Both the position numbers and the translations under genes were made by a program. A model generated the notes under the pieces. That model searched no databases. It had not been told where the DNA came from and worked only from the letters and a program-made list of their open reading frames with translations. From an archaeon 13_2_20CM_2_53_6 (GTDB lineage Archaea; Thermoproteota; Bathyarchaeia; 40CM-2-53-6): a stretch of 64,000 nucleotides of DNA. Of the stretch, positions 1 through 10,257 are shown one piece after another. Every line of letters begins with the position of its first letter. Positions within the stretch are counted from its first letter, which is position 1. The stretch lies in the NCBI GenBank assembly GCA_001915065.1, contig MNDT01000061.1, positions 2,954-66,953 of the forward strand. Direction: 5' to 3'.

Positions 1-1
1 A

Positions 2-892
2 TACTGCGACGAGGAGCTTCTCTTGGATCTAAGAGACCCCGGAAACTGCCTCAGAGCCACTGAAGGTATGGACATGGTGTACGATCTTGCTGCCAACATG
101 GGAGGGATCGGGTTCATCACAGCGGTAGGTGCAGAAGTAATGCGAGATAACATTTTGATTAACGCGAACATGTTGGAGGCTGCGCGGCTGAGTAAAGTCA
201 AGAGATTCCTGTTTAGTAGCTCAGCCTGCGTCTATCCAGATTTTCGTCAGATGAGCCCGAATGTCTCGGGTCTCAGAGAGGAAGACGCGTTCCCAGCTTC
301 ACCAGACACTTTCTACGGATGGGAGAAGCTGGCAACCGAGAAGATGTGCGAAGCTTACAAAAGAGATCATGACCTGGATGTGCGAATAGTCCGTTATCAC
401 AACATTTACGGGCCCAACTGCACCTACAAGGGAGGGAGAGAGAAGTCACCCGCTGCACTCTGCAGAAAGGTCTGTGAAGCTGCAGACCCCGGAATGATTA
501 CAATCTGGGGAGATGGTGAGCAAACTCGATCTTACTGTTACATTGACGATGCCGTAGCAGGCACGATAATGCTGATGGAGTCAGCATTCTCCGAGCCGAT
601 TAACATCGGTTCGGATCGTCTGGTGTCAATTAACGATATGGCAGATCTGATAATTGACAGTTCTGGGAAGAAAATTGCGAAACGATACGACCCAACGGGA
701 CCACAAGGGGTACGTGGCAGAAATGCGGACATCAGTCTCGCAAAGCGAGTGTTAGGATGGGTGCCCAAGGTCAGTCTTGAGGAAGGTCTATTGCGTACCT
801 ACGATTGGATAGCGGAAGAGATCGCTGAAGATCGGCAGGAGATCGTGGTTGTACCTAATACCGCGAGAGGAACAAGCCAAGCAGGCGCTTAA
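2..892 (+). CDS. NAD-dependent epimerase, GDP-mannose 3,5-epimerase-like (5' truncated by window)
   Basis: LAANMGGIGF, SSSACVYP, YGWEK (YxxxK), GGREKSPAALCRK and GPQGVRGRN motifs; frame is open to the window start. Confidence 0.85.
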   Translation, partial: YCDEELLLDLRDPGNCLRATEGMDMVYDLAANMGGIGFITAVGAEVMRDNILINANMLEAARLSKVKRFLFSSSACVYPDFRQMSPNVSGLREEDAFPASPDTFYGWEKLATEKMCEAYKRDHDLDVRIVRYHNIYGPNCTYKGGREKSPAALCRKVCEAADPGMITIWGDGEQTRSYCYIDDAVAGTIMLMESAFSEPINIGSDRLVSINDMADLIIDSSGKKIAKRYDPTGPQGVRGRNADISLAKRVLGWVPKVSLEEGLLRTYDWIAEEIAEDRQEIVVVPNTARGTSQAGA

Positions 893-1224
893 ACCCAGTT
901 TCAGCCAAACACTTGGATAGGCGAATATCCCACAGCAAGTAGATCGCTCTAATAAATGCGACAAGTGCCGCATGGATCGACACCACACCTCGTACGATCC
1001 GGCAACTGTTTCACCGGAAAATAGCCCGCGCTTTTTGATTTGCTTAGGCTGATTCTAAGATGGTACGGGGGTTTGACCGGGAAAAGATTATGTCAAGACT
1101 TCCGATGAACTTGAGATTCTGCCTATTATCCTATTCCTGCCCGAGAAAGGGTCCCGTTGTTCGGCAGTTATTTGGACTACAGTTGGGTCAATATGTCGGA
1201 ATTCAATTGTCACTTTACAATCGC

Positions 1225-2682
1225 CTATACAATATTCTTCAGGTTCTTGGACAGATTCATCGACTTGAGGGTCAGCGTGCCAAATCCTGCGAGGGTTAGA
1301 GCGAGGGCCCAGACTCCGTCTAGGAGCACAAAGATACTCATTGCCAGGGCAACCGCGGCAAAGGCCCCCTCGGCGATTGCAATCCTGTCGAGACGAATAT
1401 CGCGATGATATTGCTTGTTCCTATGTGTCATGAGCCCGTGTTTTGGGGTTCTGAAGAAGAAGCCTGTCTTGCCTCGGATCCCGTTCAAGAATCCGATCAT
1501 GATTGCAGTGGTCATGCAGGAGCTCGTGTAAGAGAGCAAGGGAAGGAGGGCAAGATTGTGTGGGCTCATTATTTTTTGGATATAAAGAGCATAGACGCCT
1601 GAAGCGAAAAAGGACAGCACGGGCAGGGTTACGATAATAATGTAGGTCGGGCTGGAGAATATCGAGTCAGAAGGGGCGCTCAGCCCTAATATTAGCCCGA
1701 GAGCTGACACGAACGTGACAACTACCCAGCTCAGTCCCTGGAAGGGGCCAACTAAGGTCGAAAAAAGGACAATTCTTCTCCAGATAGAGAGGTTCTTGCA
1801 CTTCAGTATCTTTGGTCCGTTGGCAATAGCGCATTTCGCCCATCCCTGGGCGACTCTGGCCGCCTGTTTCTTCCAAACCTCCAGGCTAGATGGATCCTCG
1901 CTGAATATTCGGACATTGCTCAGGTATACTCCTCTATATCCCGCACAGTAGATCTTGCAAGACAGATCGGCATCCTCGACGATCGAGTCGTTCGACCAAA
2001 AACCGACCCGTCTCAGCACGGCCATCGAGATTAGGACGAAACCGCCTTGGAAGGAGTATGGAGCGTCGATTGAATAAGCTCCCATCTTCGAAACTGTATC
2101 TCCCTGGTCAAGCTGGAGCGCAAATAGTCGGGTCGTCAGGTTCTGTTCTCGGTTGTAGTGCCCGACTCGAAATGAGACGAAGCCAATTCGAGGATCATGA
2201 CTCGTTGCGCTTAGCCCTCTCTTCAGGACGTCGGCTGAGACTGTCGAGTCGGCGTCTAATAATAAGACGTAATCACCCTTTAGAAGCGGGGCTGCACGGT
2301 TCAGCGCACCACTCTTGAAACCCGCCCGGCCTTTCCTCCTGGACACCACACTCTGAATGCCTAGGCTGTTAAGTTCCAGAAGTTTGTTGTCGATCACCTC
2401 AACCGTCTCGTCGGAAGAGTCGTCTGCTATTACAACTAGAAGCTTGTCTCGGGGGTAGTCGAGGCTCTTGATGGCCTCAAGCGTGGAGGCTATGACCAAT
2501 TTCTCGTTGAATGTCGCTATCAGAATTGAGACGAAGGGGGGATCTCCAGGGAGAGAGCCTTCCGAGAGAGATCTTGGATAGCGGAATGTGCTCAGAAAGA
2601 GAATCACGCTGTAGTAGGCAAACAATAGGCCTGGTATGCTGAAGGCGAGCGAAATCCCTGAGATGTATATCCATGACTCCAT
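1225..2682 (-). CDS. Membrane GT2 glycosyltransferase (cellulose synthase-like)
   Basis: DDSSD, KSGALN, LLDAD, VEDAD and QAARVAQGW (QxxRW variant) motifs; C-terminal TM helices; FFRTPK. Confidence 0.85.
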   Translation of the reverse strand: MESWIYISGISLAFSIPGLLFAYYSVILFLSTFRYPRSLSEGSLPGDPPFVSILIATFNEKLVIASTLEAIKSLDYPRDKLLVVIADDSSDETVEVIDNKLLELNSLGIQSVVSRRKGRAGFKSGALNRAAPLLKGDYVLLLDADSTVSADVLKRGLSATSHDPRIGFVSFRVGHYNREQNLTTRLFALQLDQGDTVSKMGAYSIDAPYSFQGGFVLISMAVLRRVGFWSNDSIVEDADLSCKIYCAGYRGVYLSNVRIFSEDPSSLEVWKKQAARVAQGWAKCAIANGPKILKCKNLSIWRRIVLFSTLVGPFQGLSWVVVTFVSALGLILGLSAPSDSIFSSPTYIIIVTLPVLSFFASGVYALYIQKIMSPHNLALLPLLSYTSSCMTTAIMIGFLNGIRGKTGFFFRTPKHGLMTHRNKQYHRDIRLDRIAIAEGAFAAVALAMSIFVLLDGVWALALTLAGFGTLTLKSMNLSKNLKNIV

Positions 2683-2852
2683 CTTGAGCAGTTCACGTAT
2701 TTGTTATGGGCGACTGAAGCTTCATACCGGCTGACAGCCTATTGCTTGTTGTCAAGACTTCCGGATCTGTTCGACTCTTAACCTATCCTCATCTTCTTCG
2801 CTGATAATGGCTCTGGAAAATACTATTAATTCAGATATCGAAGAGCGGGACG

Positions 2853-3377
2853 GTGGCCGGACAGTTGAGTCTCAAGGCGGTCTTCTTAGATCGGGACGGT
2901 GTGCTGACACGAGAGAGAACAGACTACGTTAAGACACCGGAAGAGCTTGAGATTCTGCCTGGTATCGGACCGCCCCTCCGTACTCTTCGAGATGGGGGAT
3001 TCCGACTGATTATTGTGACTAACCAGTCTGTAGTCGGAAGAAGACTGACTACTCACGACGAAATTGGCAGGATTCATGAGAAGTTAAAGTCCGAGCTCAA
3101 ACGAATGGGTTGTTTCGTGGATGGCATCTACTACTGTCCGCACCTGCCCGGAGAGGGATGCAGCTGTCGAAAGCCCGAGCCTGGCCTCATTCTAAGGGCC
3201 GCGGAGGACCTGGGGATCGATATCGCAGCTTCTTGGATGATTGGTGACAAGGAGATTGATCTCGAAGCGGCGAAGAGGGCTGGGTGCCGTGGTATTCGTG
3301 TCCAGACGAACCTAGGAGACTTGCAGAACGCGGTTTCTAGCATCATCAAAGCCGGAGAGAAAGGTTGGGAATGCTGA
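2853..3377 (+). CDS. gmhB: D-glycero-D-manno-heptose 1,7-bisphosphate phosphatase (HAD IIIA)
   Basis: FLDRDGVL, VTNQS, CPH-x5-CSCRKP, MIGD. Confidence 0.9.
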   Translation: MAGQLSLKAVFLDRDGVLTRERTDYVKTPEELEILPGIGPPLRTLRDGGFRLIIVTNQSVVGRRLTTHDEIGRIHEKLKSELKRMGCFVDGIYYCPHLPGEGCSCRKPEPGLILRAAEDLGIDIAASWMIGDKEIDLEAAKRAGCRGIRVQTNLGDLQNAVSSIIKAGEKGWEC

Positions 3378-3383
3378 GATGAT

Positions 3384-4397
3384 ATGGTGAAGATTCGGGC
3401 CAGGGCACCTCTCAGAGTCAGCTACGCAGGAGGGGGAACAGATGTCCCTCCTTATCCCGGATTGAAGGGCGGGGTGGTTCTCTCTTCTACAATTCAGAAT
3501 TACGCTTACTGTTCTATTGCGCCTCGAACTGATGGGATGGTTACTGTATTCAGGGAAGATCAAGATGTCTCCACTGGACCTCAGAGACTTGGTCAACTGG
3601 AGACTAGCGGAGAGGTGGAGTTTGTCCGAGCGGTCGCCAAGCGATTTCAGGTGGACGAAGGATTTGATGCAAATCTCAGATACGACGCGGCCCCCGGCAC
3701 AGGGCTAGGATCGTCCTCGGCACTGTGCGTCGCTCTTATTGGCGCCTTCCGCGAATGGAAGGGCGCTTCGATGACAGACTATGACATAGCAAATCTTGCC
3801 TATGATGTCGAAAGGAAGGATGTCGGAATTCCAGGAGGTCTGCAGGATCAATACGCGTCGACCTTTGGGGGCTTCAACCTGATCGAGTTCAAGAAGGGTG
3901 CAAACATCGTCAATCCTCTTCGAATAAAGCGAGAGACCTTGAACGAGCTAGAGTATAACAGCCTCCTCTGCTTCACCGGGACTACGCGACGTTCGGGCGG
4001 TATTCTTCAGAGACAGATAGAATCGTATGAAAATAGGGAGTTGAACGTCATGGACGCGCTTGAGCGTATGAAGGAATTGACGCTCGAGATGAAGGACTCA
4101 CTCCTAACCGGCAATCTCACAGAGTTCGCTAGACTGTTGAACTCTGAATGGGAGACGAAGAAGGCACTCGACTCTGCAATCTCCAATGATGAGATAGACA
4201 AGCTGCTCCAAACGGCCCGACAGAACGGGGCCATAGGCGGCAAGCTTCTAGGAGCCGGAGGCGGAGGATTCCTCTTCCTATACTGTGAGCCTGGCAAACG
4301 GGTCCATGTCGAAAAGGAGGTCGAGCGTCTCGGAGGGAAGGCCTTCCCTGTCAGATTCGATCTCGAAGGTTTGCAAACCTGGCGAAGCCCAAAGTAG
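3384..4397 (+). CDS. hddA: D-glycero-alpha-D-manno-heptose-7-phosphate kinase (GHMP family)
   Basis: APLRVSYAGGGTD, PGTGLGSSS, GGLQDQY, GKLLGAGGGG; located between gmhB and gmhA. Confidence 0.85.
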   Translation: MVKIRARAPLRVSYAGGGTDVPPYPGLKGGVVLSSTIQNYAYCSIAPRTDGMVTVFREDQDVSTGPQRLGQLETSGEVEFVRAVAKRFQVDEGFDANLRYDAAPGTGLGSSSALCVALIGAFREWKGASMTDYDIANLAYDVERKDVGIPGGLQDQYASTFGGFNLIEFKKGANIVNPLRIKRETLNELEYNSLLCFTGTTRRSGGILQRQIESYENRELNVMDALERMKELTLEMKDSLLTGNLTEFARLLNSEWETKKALDSAISNDEIDKLLQTARQNGAIGGKLLGAGGGGFLFLYCEPGKRVHVEKEVERLGGKAFPVRFDLEGLQTWRSPK

Positions 4398-4401
4398 GAC
4401 T

Positions 4402-5052
4402 ATGAAAACTATGCAAGATAGCCGACTAGCTCACAAACGATCAGAAGAAGAAGGCCGATCCGCCGCGGCACTGGCAGCCATTCGAAACAGCATCGAAACG
4501 AAAGAAAAAGTTGCCAAGGAGTGTCTCGATGACATCGTCGAAATGGCCAACGTAATGGCCTCAGCCCTGCAAAAGGGCCGAAAAGTTGTCTTCTTCGGGA
4601 ACGGTGGAAGTGCCGCCGACGCGCAGCACATGTCGGCGGAGCTTGTTGGAAAGTTCAAGAGAGTCCGTCCGGCCCTCCGGGCGTCTGCCCTAACGACCAA
4701 CACTTCAGTTCTGACCGCCATAGGCAACGACATCGGTTTCGATGAAATCTTTTCGCGTCAGGTCCAGGCGACATTGGAGCCCGGCGATGTCGCCGTCTGC
4801 ATCAGTACGACAGGCCGCTCAAAGAACGTTATCAGAGGCGTTCAGGAAGCGAGAAAGATCGGGGCAAAAACAATAGCCCTGACAGGCTCTGGGGGCGGTC
4901 AGCTCGCCTCGTTGTGCGATCACGAAGTGGTTGTCCCCTCGGATGATGCACAGAGGATACAGGAGTGTCATATCATGATAGGACACATCGTCTGCGAATT
5001 GATCGAGGAAATTCTCAGCGAGACTAGTTCCTGGAAAGAGAGTCTCGACTGA
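4402..5052 (+). CDS. gmhA: Sedoheptulose-7-phosphate isomerase (SIS domain)
   Basis: FGNGGSAADAQH, TAIGND, RIQECH; start moved to ATG 4402 just after the hddA stop. Confidence 0.9.
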   Translation: MKTMQDSRLAHKRSEEEGRSAAALAAIRNSIETKEKVAKECLDDIVEMANVMASALQKGRKVVFFGNGGSAADAQHMSAELVGKFKRVRPALRASALTTNTSVLTAIGNDIGFDEIFSRQVQATLEPGDVAVCISTTGRSKNVIRGVQEARKIGAKTIALTGSGGGQLASLCDHEVVVPSDDAQRIQECHIMIGHIVCELIEEILSETSSWKESLD

Positions 5053-5182
5053 AGATTCACGTTGCTGCGATTCTTCCTTTCATAACGAGTTTGTTCCAAA
5101 GCCGTAGAGCTACTTTCCGCGTAATCCTTAAGTGTGAAAATTCCAGCACCACAACCATTTCAGACGATGGGCGGCAAGGAGA

Positions 5183-7501
5183 GTGAGAAGACGTTTGTTC
5201 TTGACGAGATTACTCGGTGCACCGCAATGGGCCATTGACAAGCTTTACAATTATCTTGGACTACGCGAAGGCCTCTCCACCGCTGCAAGGTGGACTCGTG
5301 TCGGTCTGGGAGCTTCAGCAGGATTCCTGATTCTCGCAGGCGTGCTGCTACTAGCAGTCGAACCATGGGTAGTCGAAGTTTTGGGCCTATCCGCAGGGTT
5401 GATCGGGTTTGGCCTCTTCAATCTGATCTCAGCGCATGGAAAGAAGCTCACCATGCTTCGCGCGAATCAGCTCTCTTTGCTTGGTCACTTTACCGCGATG
5501 ATTGCTCTATATGTTATCGTCTCAAGAGTTCTCATCGTCAGCTACACGACGGACACGGTTGTTGGAACCTATATGGGAGTGTTGAAGGTTCTCGAGGTGC
5601 AGAGTCCATACGGTGTTTCGATCAAGCCTTTGCTCGACGCGTTTGGCTTTTCACCCTCATTCTACACGCCCGGCGTTGACGGTTCCTTCGACTTCCACCT
5701 AGCCTATCCCTCGCTAAGCTTCCTGTCGGTCCTCCCATTCTATGTCTTGGGAATCCGAGATCTGCGCGATACCGTCTTCATCTTCTTCCTTCTCTCAGTC
5801 CTAATCGTCTTCGCATTGGCCCCGGCCAAGTTCAAGAACATGAGTCTCGCACCCTTCGGCCTATTTCCAGTCGTAATCGCTGGTGGCTGGACTGATAGTG
5901 TCTGGGCCTTCTTCCTCGTCCTTACAGCATTTCTCTGGTACCGTCACCCGAAGGCCAGCTGGGCCACTCTAGGCTTGGCGATCGCAACCAAACAGATTGC
6001 CATCGTCGTCGCCCCTTTCCTTCTTATTCGACTCTGGCACGAAACCCCCCAGTCAAGAACGCGTAGTCTTCTCACAAGTTTTGCCCTGATGACCGCAGCA
6101 TTCTTCCTGCCCAATCTTCCCTTCATGATCGCCTCTCCAAATGCTTGGTGGAACGCTGTCGTGGTTCCATACCTGCCGAGTTCTCCCTCTCAGGTTCCGG
6201 GCGGCGTAGGTCTCTCGGACATCCTGCTAGACCTGGGTGTTGCGCTACCTTCCTCCTTCTATCTGATCCTGGTACTCGGCGCCTCCAGCTTCCTCCTCTA
6301 CAGCTACGCTCGACACTATCAGGGCTTGAACAGCATGGTCTTCGTCTTCCCGATATTCATCTTCTTCCTCTACTACCGCTCTTTTCCCAATTACATGGCC
6401 TACTGGGGATTCCCTCTTGTCATCGAACTAACGCGCCTCGGAGGTCCGAATCTGCGAGCGCTATTCTCAATGAGGCTACCGAACATCGCCTGGCGGCCGC
6501 CAACCGAAACACTTCTAAGAATCACCAGGAGGAGACTTACTCCCTCACTGCTGGTACTGGTTGCACTCACTTTCGCTTTCGTCGGCGCGTCTGGTGCCTA
6601 CATATCTCAAGCCGCAACGCAGCAGGCATCGATCCAGATCAACGGCGTGATGGACCCGGACAATATCGGGGCCGCGACCATGATCAACGTCACTCTGAAG
6701 AACCTATTCTCCACACCGGTGTCCCCCACCTTCTTCGTGAAATGGTGGAACCCGCTGACATACTTCTGGACCACCAATTCGACCACACTCCTAGAATCGG
6801 GAGCGCAGAACTCGTACATCATAACTGCTCCCGACGCCTTGAGCGCCGTCCCAAGAGGAGCTCAGTTCCACGTAATGATCTATGACAAGCTGACCAACCA
6901 GCTATTGGGCGAATCCTCGTCCTACAAGGCAAGCATTCCAGCCCCTCCAGTTGCGAACCCGCGCCTGAAGTGGTGGGCACTAGACGCGAGCGTCGGGAAA
7001 AAAGTGCCCTTCAGCTGGAAACTCTCCCCCATCAACACTGACCTTACTACATCCCGAATCTCTCCCTTGGGCGTAGACGGGACAGGCGGATTACAGATGA
7101 TTCTGAATTATACGAATACCGGTATCGGGATCGAACAATTGGCACTCTCGCAGAGGGTCCTTTTCAACGCCACCAGCGTAAACATCAACTTCGAGCCTCA
7201 GGGCACGAAGAGCGTTGCGGCGAATGTCATGTTCGCCGCCAGCGTGACAGACGGAACTCACATCTTGTATTTCGTTTTCTCGAACCGGACGAACCGGGAG
7301 AGCATAACCACATACTCATCCAACACTACCGTCGTCGTTCCTACAGAGGCATCTGCCTGGAACACCGTGAGGATGGACCCAGTATCGATCTGGCAAAGCC
7401 AAGGATGGAACACGCCTCAGCAAGTCACGCTAGCTATTGTCCTCAAATCAGACGCCCCCGGAGTCTACTTCGCTAGTGTTCTCAGCGTCGACCCTGCTTA
7501 G
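5183..7501 (+). CDS. Large multi-TM GT-C-fold (GT87/PIG-M-like) protein with an extracellular C-terminal domain
   Basis: YPSLSFL, TDSVW and LGLAIATKQ motifs; more than 10 TM segments; C-terminal region with many NxS/T sequons. Confidence 0.6.
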   Translation: MRRRLFLTRLLGAPQWAIDKLYNYLGLREGLSTAARWTRVGLGASAGFLILAGVLLLAVEPWVVEVLGLSAGLIGFGLFNLISAHGKKLTMLRANQLSLLGHFTAMIALYVIVSRVLIVSYTTDTVVGTYMGVLKVLEVQSPYGVSIKPLLDAFGFSPSFYTPGVDGSFDFHLAYPSLSFLSVLPFYVLGIRDLRDTVFIFFLLSVLIVFALAPAKFKNMSLAPFGLFPVVIAGGWTDSVWAFFLVLTAFLWYRHPKASWATLGLAIATKQIAIVVAPFLLIRLWHETPQSRTRSLLTSFALMTAAFFLPNLPFMIASPNAWWNAVVVPYLPSSPSQVPGGVGLSDILLDLGVALPSSFYLILVLGASSFLLYSYARHYQGLNSMVFVFPIFIFFLYYRSFPNYMAYWGFPLVIELTRLGGPNLRALFSMRLPNIAWRPPTETLLRITRRRLTPSLLVLVALTFAFVGASGAYISQAATQQASIQINGVMDPDNIGAATMINVTLKNLFSTPVSPTFFVKWWNPLTYFWTTNSTTLLESGAQNSYIITAPDALSAVPRGAQFHVMIYDKLTNQLLGESSSYKASIPAPPVANPRLKWWALDASVGKKVPFSWKLSPINTDLTTSRISPLGVDGTGGLQMILNYTNTGIGIEQLALSQRVLFNATSVNINFEPQGTKSVAANVMFAASVTDGTHILYFVFSNRTNRESITTYSSNTTVVVPTEASAWNTVRMDPVSIWQSQGWNTPQQVTLAIVLKSDAPGVYFASVLSVDPA

Positions 7502-7686
7502 CCAGCGTCTCGACACACACCCTTAGGCCTTGTAGCTTCGGTCGATGAGCGGCCTCGCCAGAGGATTGGTTCTAGGCACCCGGAGTCGAACGGAGGGTGC
7601 TTCTTGTTTTGTAATGGCAAGCCATACGTGAACATGAACTCATTTATTGAGGCGATAAATGCGCACAACTCTGGAGGCATGGCTAC

Positions 7687-8763
7687 CTGACGAATCTAAA
7701 GGGACTACTGCTAGCCGGGGGACATGGTACCCGACTCCGTCCCTTGACCTATACGGGAAACAAGCACATGCTTCCCATCGCCAACAAGCCGATGCTCATG
7801 TACGGCTTCGACCAGATCAGAGTCGCAGGGATCAAAGAGATCGGAGTCATACTCGGACCCCTACAAGAAGGCATAGTGGAAGCTCTCGGAGACGGCTCGA
7901 AATATGACGTCAAGATTACCTACATCGACCAGCCTGACCCGAAAGGCATAGCCCATGCAGTCCTGATCTCACGCGGCTTTCTAGGAGACTCTCCCTTCGT
8001 GGTGCACCTTGGCGATAACTTGTTGAAGGACAGTGTTCCTGAACTAGGACAGGAATTTCTCAAGTCAGACTCTGACGCGACTGTTGTATTAACCAAGGTG
8101 AAGGATCCGAGCAGGTTCGGCGTCGTCCAGATAGAGAACGGAAGAATCGTTAAGCTAGTGGAGAAGCCGAAGGAATACATTAGCGACCTTGCTTTGGCCG
8201 GGGTCTACTTCTTCCGACCTAGCATATTCGCGGCCATTGAGAAGCTGAAGCCGAGTTGGAGGAATGAGTTGGAGATCACAGATGCGATACAAAAGCTGTT
8301 AGATATGGGGGGAAAGATTGGCTATCACGAAGTATCAGGCTGGTGGAAGGATACGGGAAGACCTGAAGATATTCTGGAGGCCAATCAGCTTGTGTTGAGA
8401 GATTTGAAACTACTCGTCGAGGGCAAGATCGAGAAGGGCGTTTCGGTTTCGGGAAATGTGGAAGTTGGCGAAGGGTCCATTGTACACACTGACACAGCAT
8501 TGCGCGGGCCCGTTATCGTAGGTGAGAATTCTGAGATCGGGGACGGGGCACGCGTGGGACCCTATACCTCCATTGGGAGCAGAGTAAAGATTCTTGGAGC
8601 TGAGATTGAGAACAGCATAGTTCTCGACGGAACCGTAGTGAATTGTAGGGAAAGGATTACGGATAGCATTATCGGGAAGAATTCACGGATTGTTTCAGAT
8701 CCCGCCCACCAGTCGGCAGGAAGAAAGTTCGTGGTGGGCGAAAGCACTTTCGTGAGCCTCTAG
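7687..8763 (+). CDS. rfbA: Glucose-1-phosphate thymidylyltransferase (long form with C-terminal hexapeptide domain)
   Basis: KGLLLAGGHGTRLRPLT lies in frame upstream of the track's TTG 7744; proposed start is CTG 7687 with GGAGG 9 nt upstream; HLGDN, ELEITDAI and WWKDTG motifs. Confidence 0.88.
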   Translation: MTNLKGLLLAGGHGTRLRPLTYTGNKHMLPIANKPMLMYGFDQIRVAGIKEIGVILGPLQEGIVEALGDGSKYDVKITYIDQPDPKGIAHAVLISRGFLGDSPFVVHLGDNLLKDSVPELGQEFLKSDSDATVVLTKVKDPSRFGVVQIENGRIVKLVEKPKEYISDLALAGVYFFRPSIFAAIEKLKPSWRNELEITDAIQKLLDMGGKIGYHEVSGWWKDTGRPEDILEANQLVLRDLKLLVEGKIEKGVSVSGNVEVGEGSIVHTDTALRGPVIVGENSEIGDGARVGPYTSIGSRVKILGAEIENSIVLDGTVVNCRERITDSIIGKNSRIVSDPAHQSAGRKFVVGESTFVSL

Positions 8764-8798
8764 TCCCATGCCCTTCGAGCGCGCGTTACTCCCGTTGA

Positions 8799-9539
8799 TC
8801 AGTGGGTGAGATATCCTATCAAGACGAAAGGACGCATTCTGAGGATCGAATGCAGGAGAGTTCGTTCTGGAGAAATACCCCGCTCCTTTCGTGCTCGACC
8901 AGCTTGTATTTGGTAGGCAATAGACCTCGCAAGTGTCATCCGTCGTCGATGCAACACAACTACTCCTTTGTCCAGCTTCACCTTGAAGCCCGCTCTCCGG
9001 AGCCGTAGGTCAAGGTCGGACTCCCACGCGTAGACGTCTCTGAATCCTCCCACCGCCTTTAGAGCCGCGATCGAGATAGCTCGTGCCCCTCCACATGACT
9101 GTTCTCCCAAAGGAGAGATTGTATATGTTAGTTCCCAGAATGAAATGAGCCTGTTCAGCACGCTTCTCGATGAATCGGTTTTAGCAATTGCGGAAACGAC
9201 TGCGAACCTATCCATCTGGGGCAATATGATCGCCAAGAAATTTGGAGAAAGGGTCATGTCCGCGTCAACGACGACTAGGGCGTCTCCAATCGCTCTGCTG
9301 AAGCCTAGTTGTAGATTTTCTGATATGCTGTTCCTCCAGTTCAAACGATCCTTCCGAAGAATCAACGATGGGCTTCGCTCCAATTGCTTCTTCGCAAGAT
9401 CCACCGTTCGATCGGTACATCGATCTGCAACGACGATGATAAGTCCGGCGGATGGTTTGTGTCTTAGAATTGATTCTAGGCAGTCGCCTATGTAGTCCTC
9501 TTCATTATGTGCACAGACGAGGACTGTAGCAGAAGTCAA
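8799..9539 (-). CDS. GT2 glycosyltransferase
   Basis: VCAHNEE, DRCTDRT, VVDAD, VGGF. Confidence 0.85.
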   Translation of the reverse strand: MTSATVLVCAHNEEDYIGDCLESILRHKPSAGLIIVVADRCTDRTVDLAKKQLERSPSLILRKDRLNWRNSISENLQLGFSRAIGDALVVVDADMTLSPNFLAIILPQMDRFAVVSAIAKTDSSRSVLNRLISFWELTYTISPLGEQSCGGARAISIAALKAVGGFRDVYAWESDLDLRLRRAGFKVKLDKGVVVLHRRRMTLARSIAYQIQAGRARKERGISPERTLLHSILRMRPFVLIGYLTH

Positions 9540-9545
9540 CCAAGG

Positions 9546-9911
9546 TTACTCTATGTTCGTCGCCAGAAAATACACTAATGAAATTGCGAGAGGAAAGAGG
9601 AATATCGCGTAGTAGAAGACTAGGAGGCCACTTGCGAACATTACTCCAAGGGCTGCAATGTCCCTTCTCGCCCTCGGATTGGCCAAATCAATCGTCCATA
9701 CACCTAGAGCCCAAAGACTGAATCCAATCATTGCCAACAAGGCAGCGATGTTGAAAAACAGAACAGGAAAATATGAGCCTCCGATCGGCTTATCGTTGGG
9801 AATGGTGGGGAGGCTGTTGAGTATTGGCCCTAGGAGATAGTTGACGATCACCACTACTCCGAGGCCGTATGAGCCCCAAATAATCGGTAAAAGGGCGATT
9901 CGCTTCTGCAT
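9546..9911 (-). CDS. Small multi-TM membrane protein
   Basis: Hydrophobic 121-aa ORF, 6 bp upstream of the GT2 gene on the same strand. Confidence 0.65.
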   Translation of the reverse strand: MQKRIALLPIIWGSYGLGVVVIVNYLLGPILNSLPTIPNDKPIGGSYFPVLFFNIAALLAMIGFSLWALGVWTIDLANPRARRDIAALGVMFASGLLVFYYAIFLFPLAISLVYFLATNIE

Positions 9912-10257
9912 CGAATCTTCAATCGCAGTCCACTACGAGATATTGATATAGTATTCGGATGCCTCTAGTTGGCTCGGCGTTTGCCCTGGTTTACTTTCTG
10001 ATGTGAGCATCTCTCGAGGTTGGTCCTCGGGAGGAACATGGGTGAGAATGGATGCCTTGCCCACCGAGGGTTATCCTTAGGCATTCGGGGGCCATCCATT
10101 CGGCATTTCCAAGCTCGGTGGAAATGGGCAAGTTCCTTCAGCAATTTTCCTCTTCTACTTTTTTTCCGGAACCTCCTTGTAACCTATCCTTCGACATGGT
10201 ACTCATAGGAAAGACATTGTCTACCTCTGCTTCTGTCGCCGACTAGTCGATAGGAAT

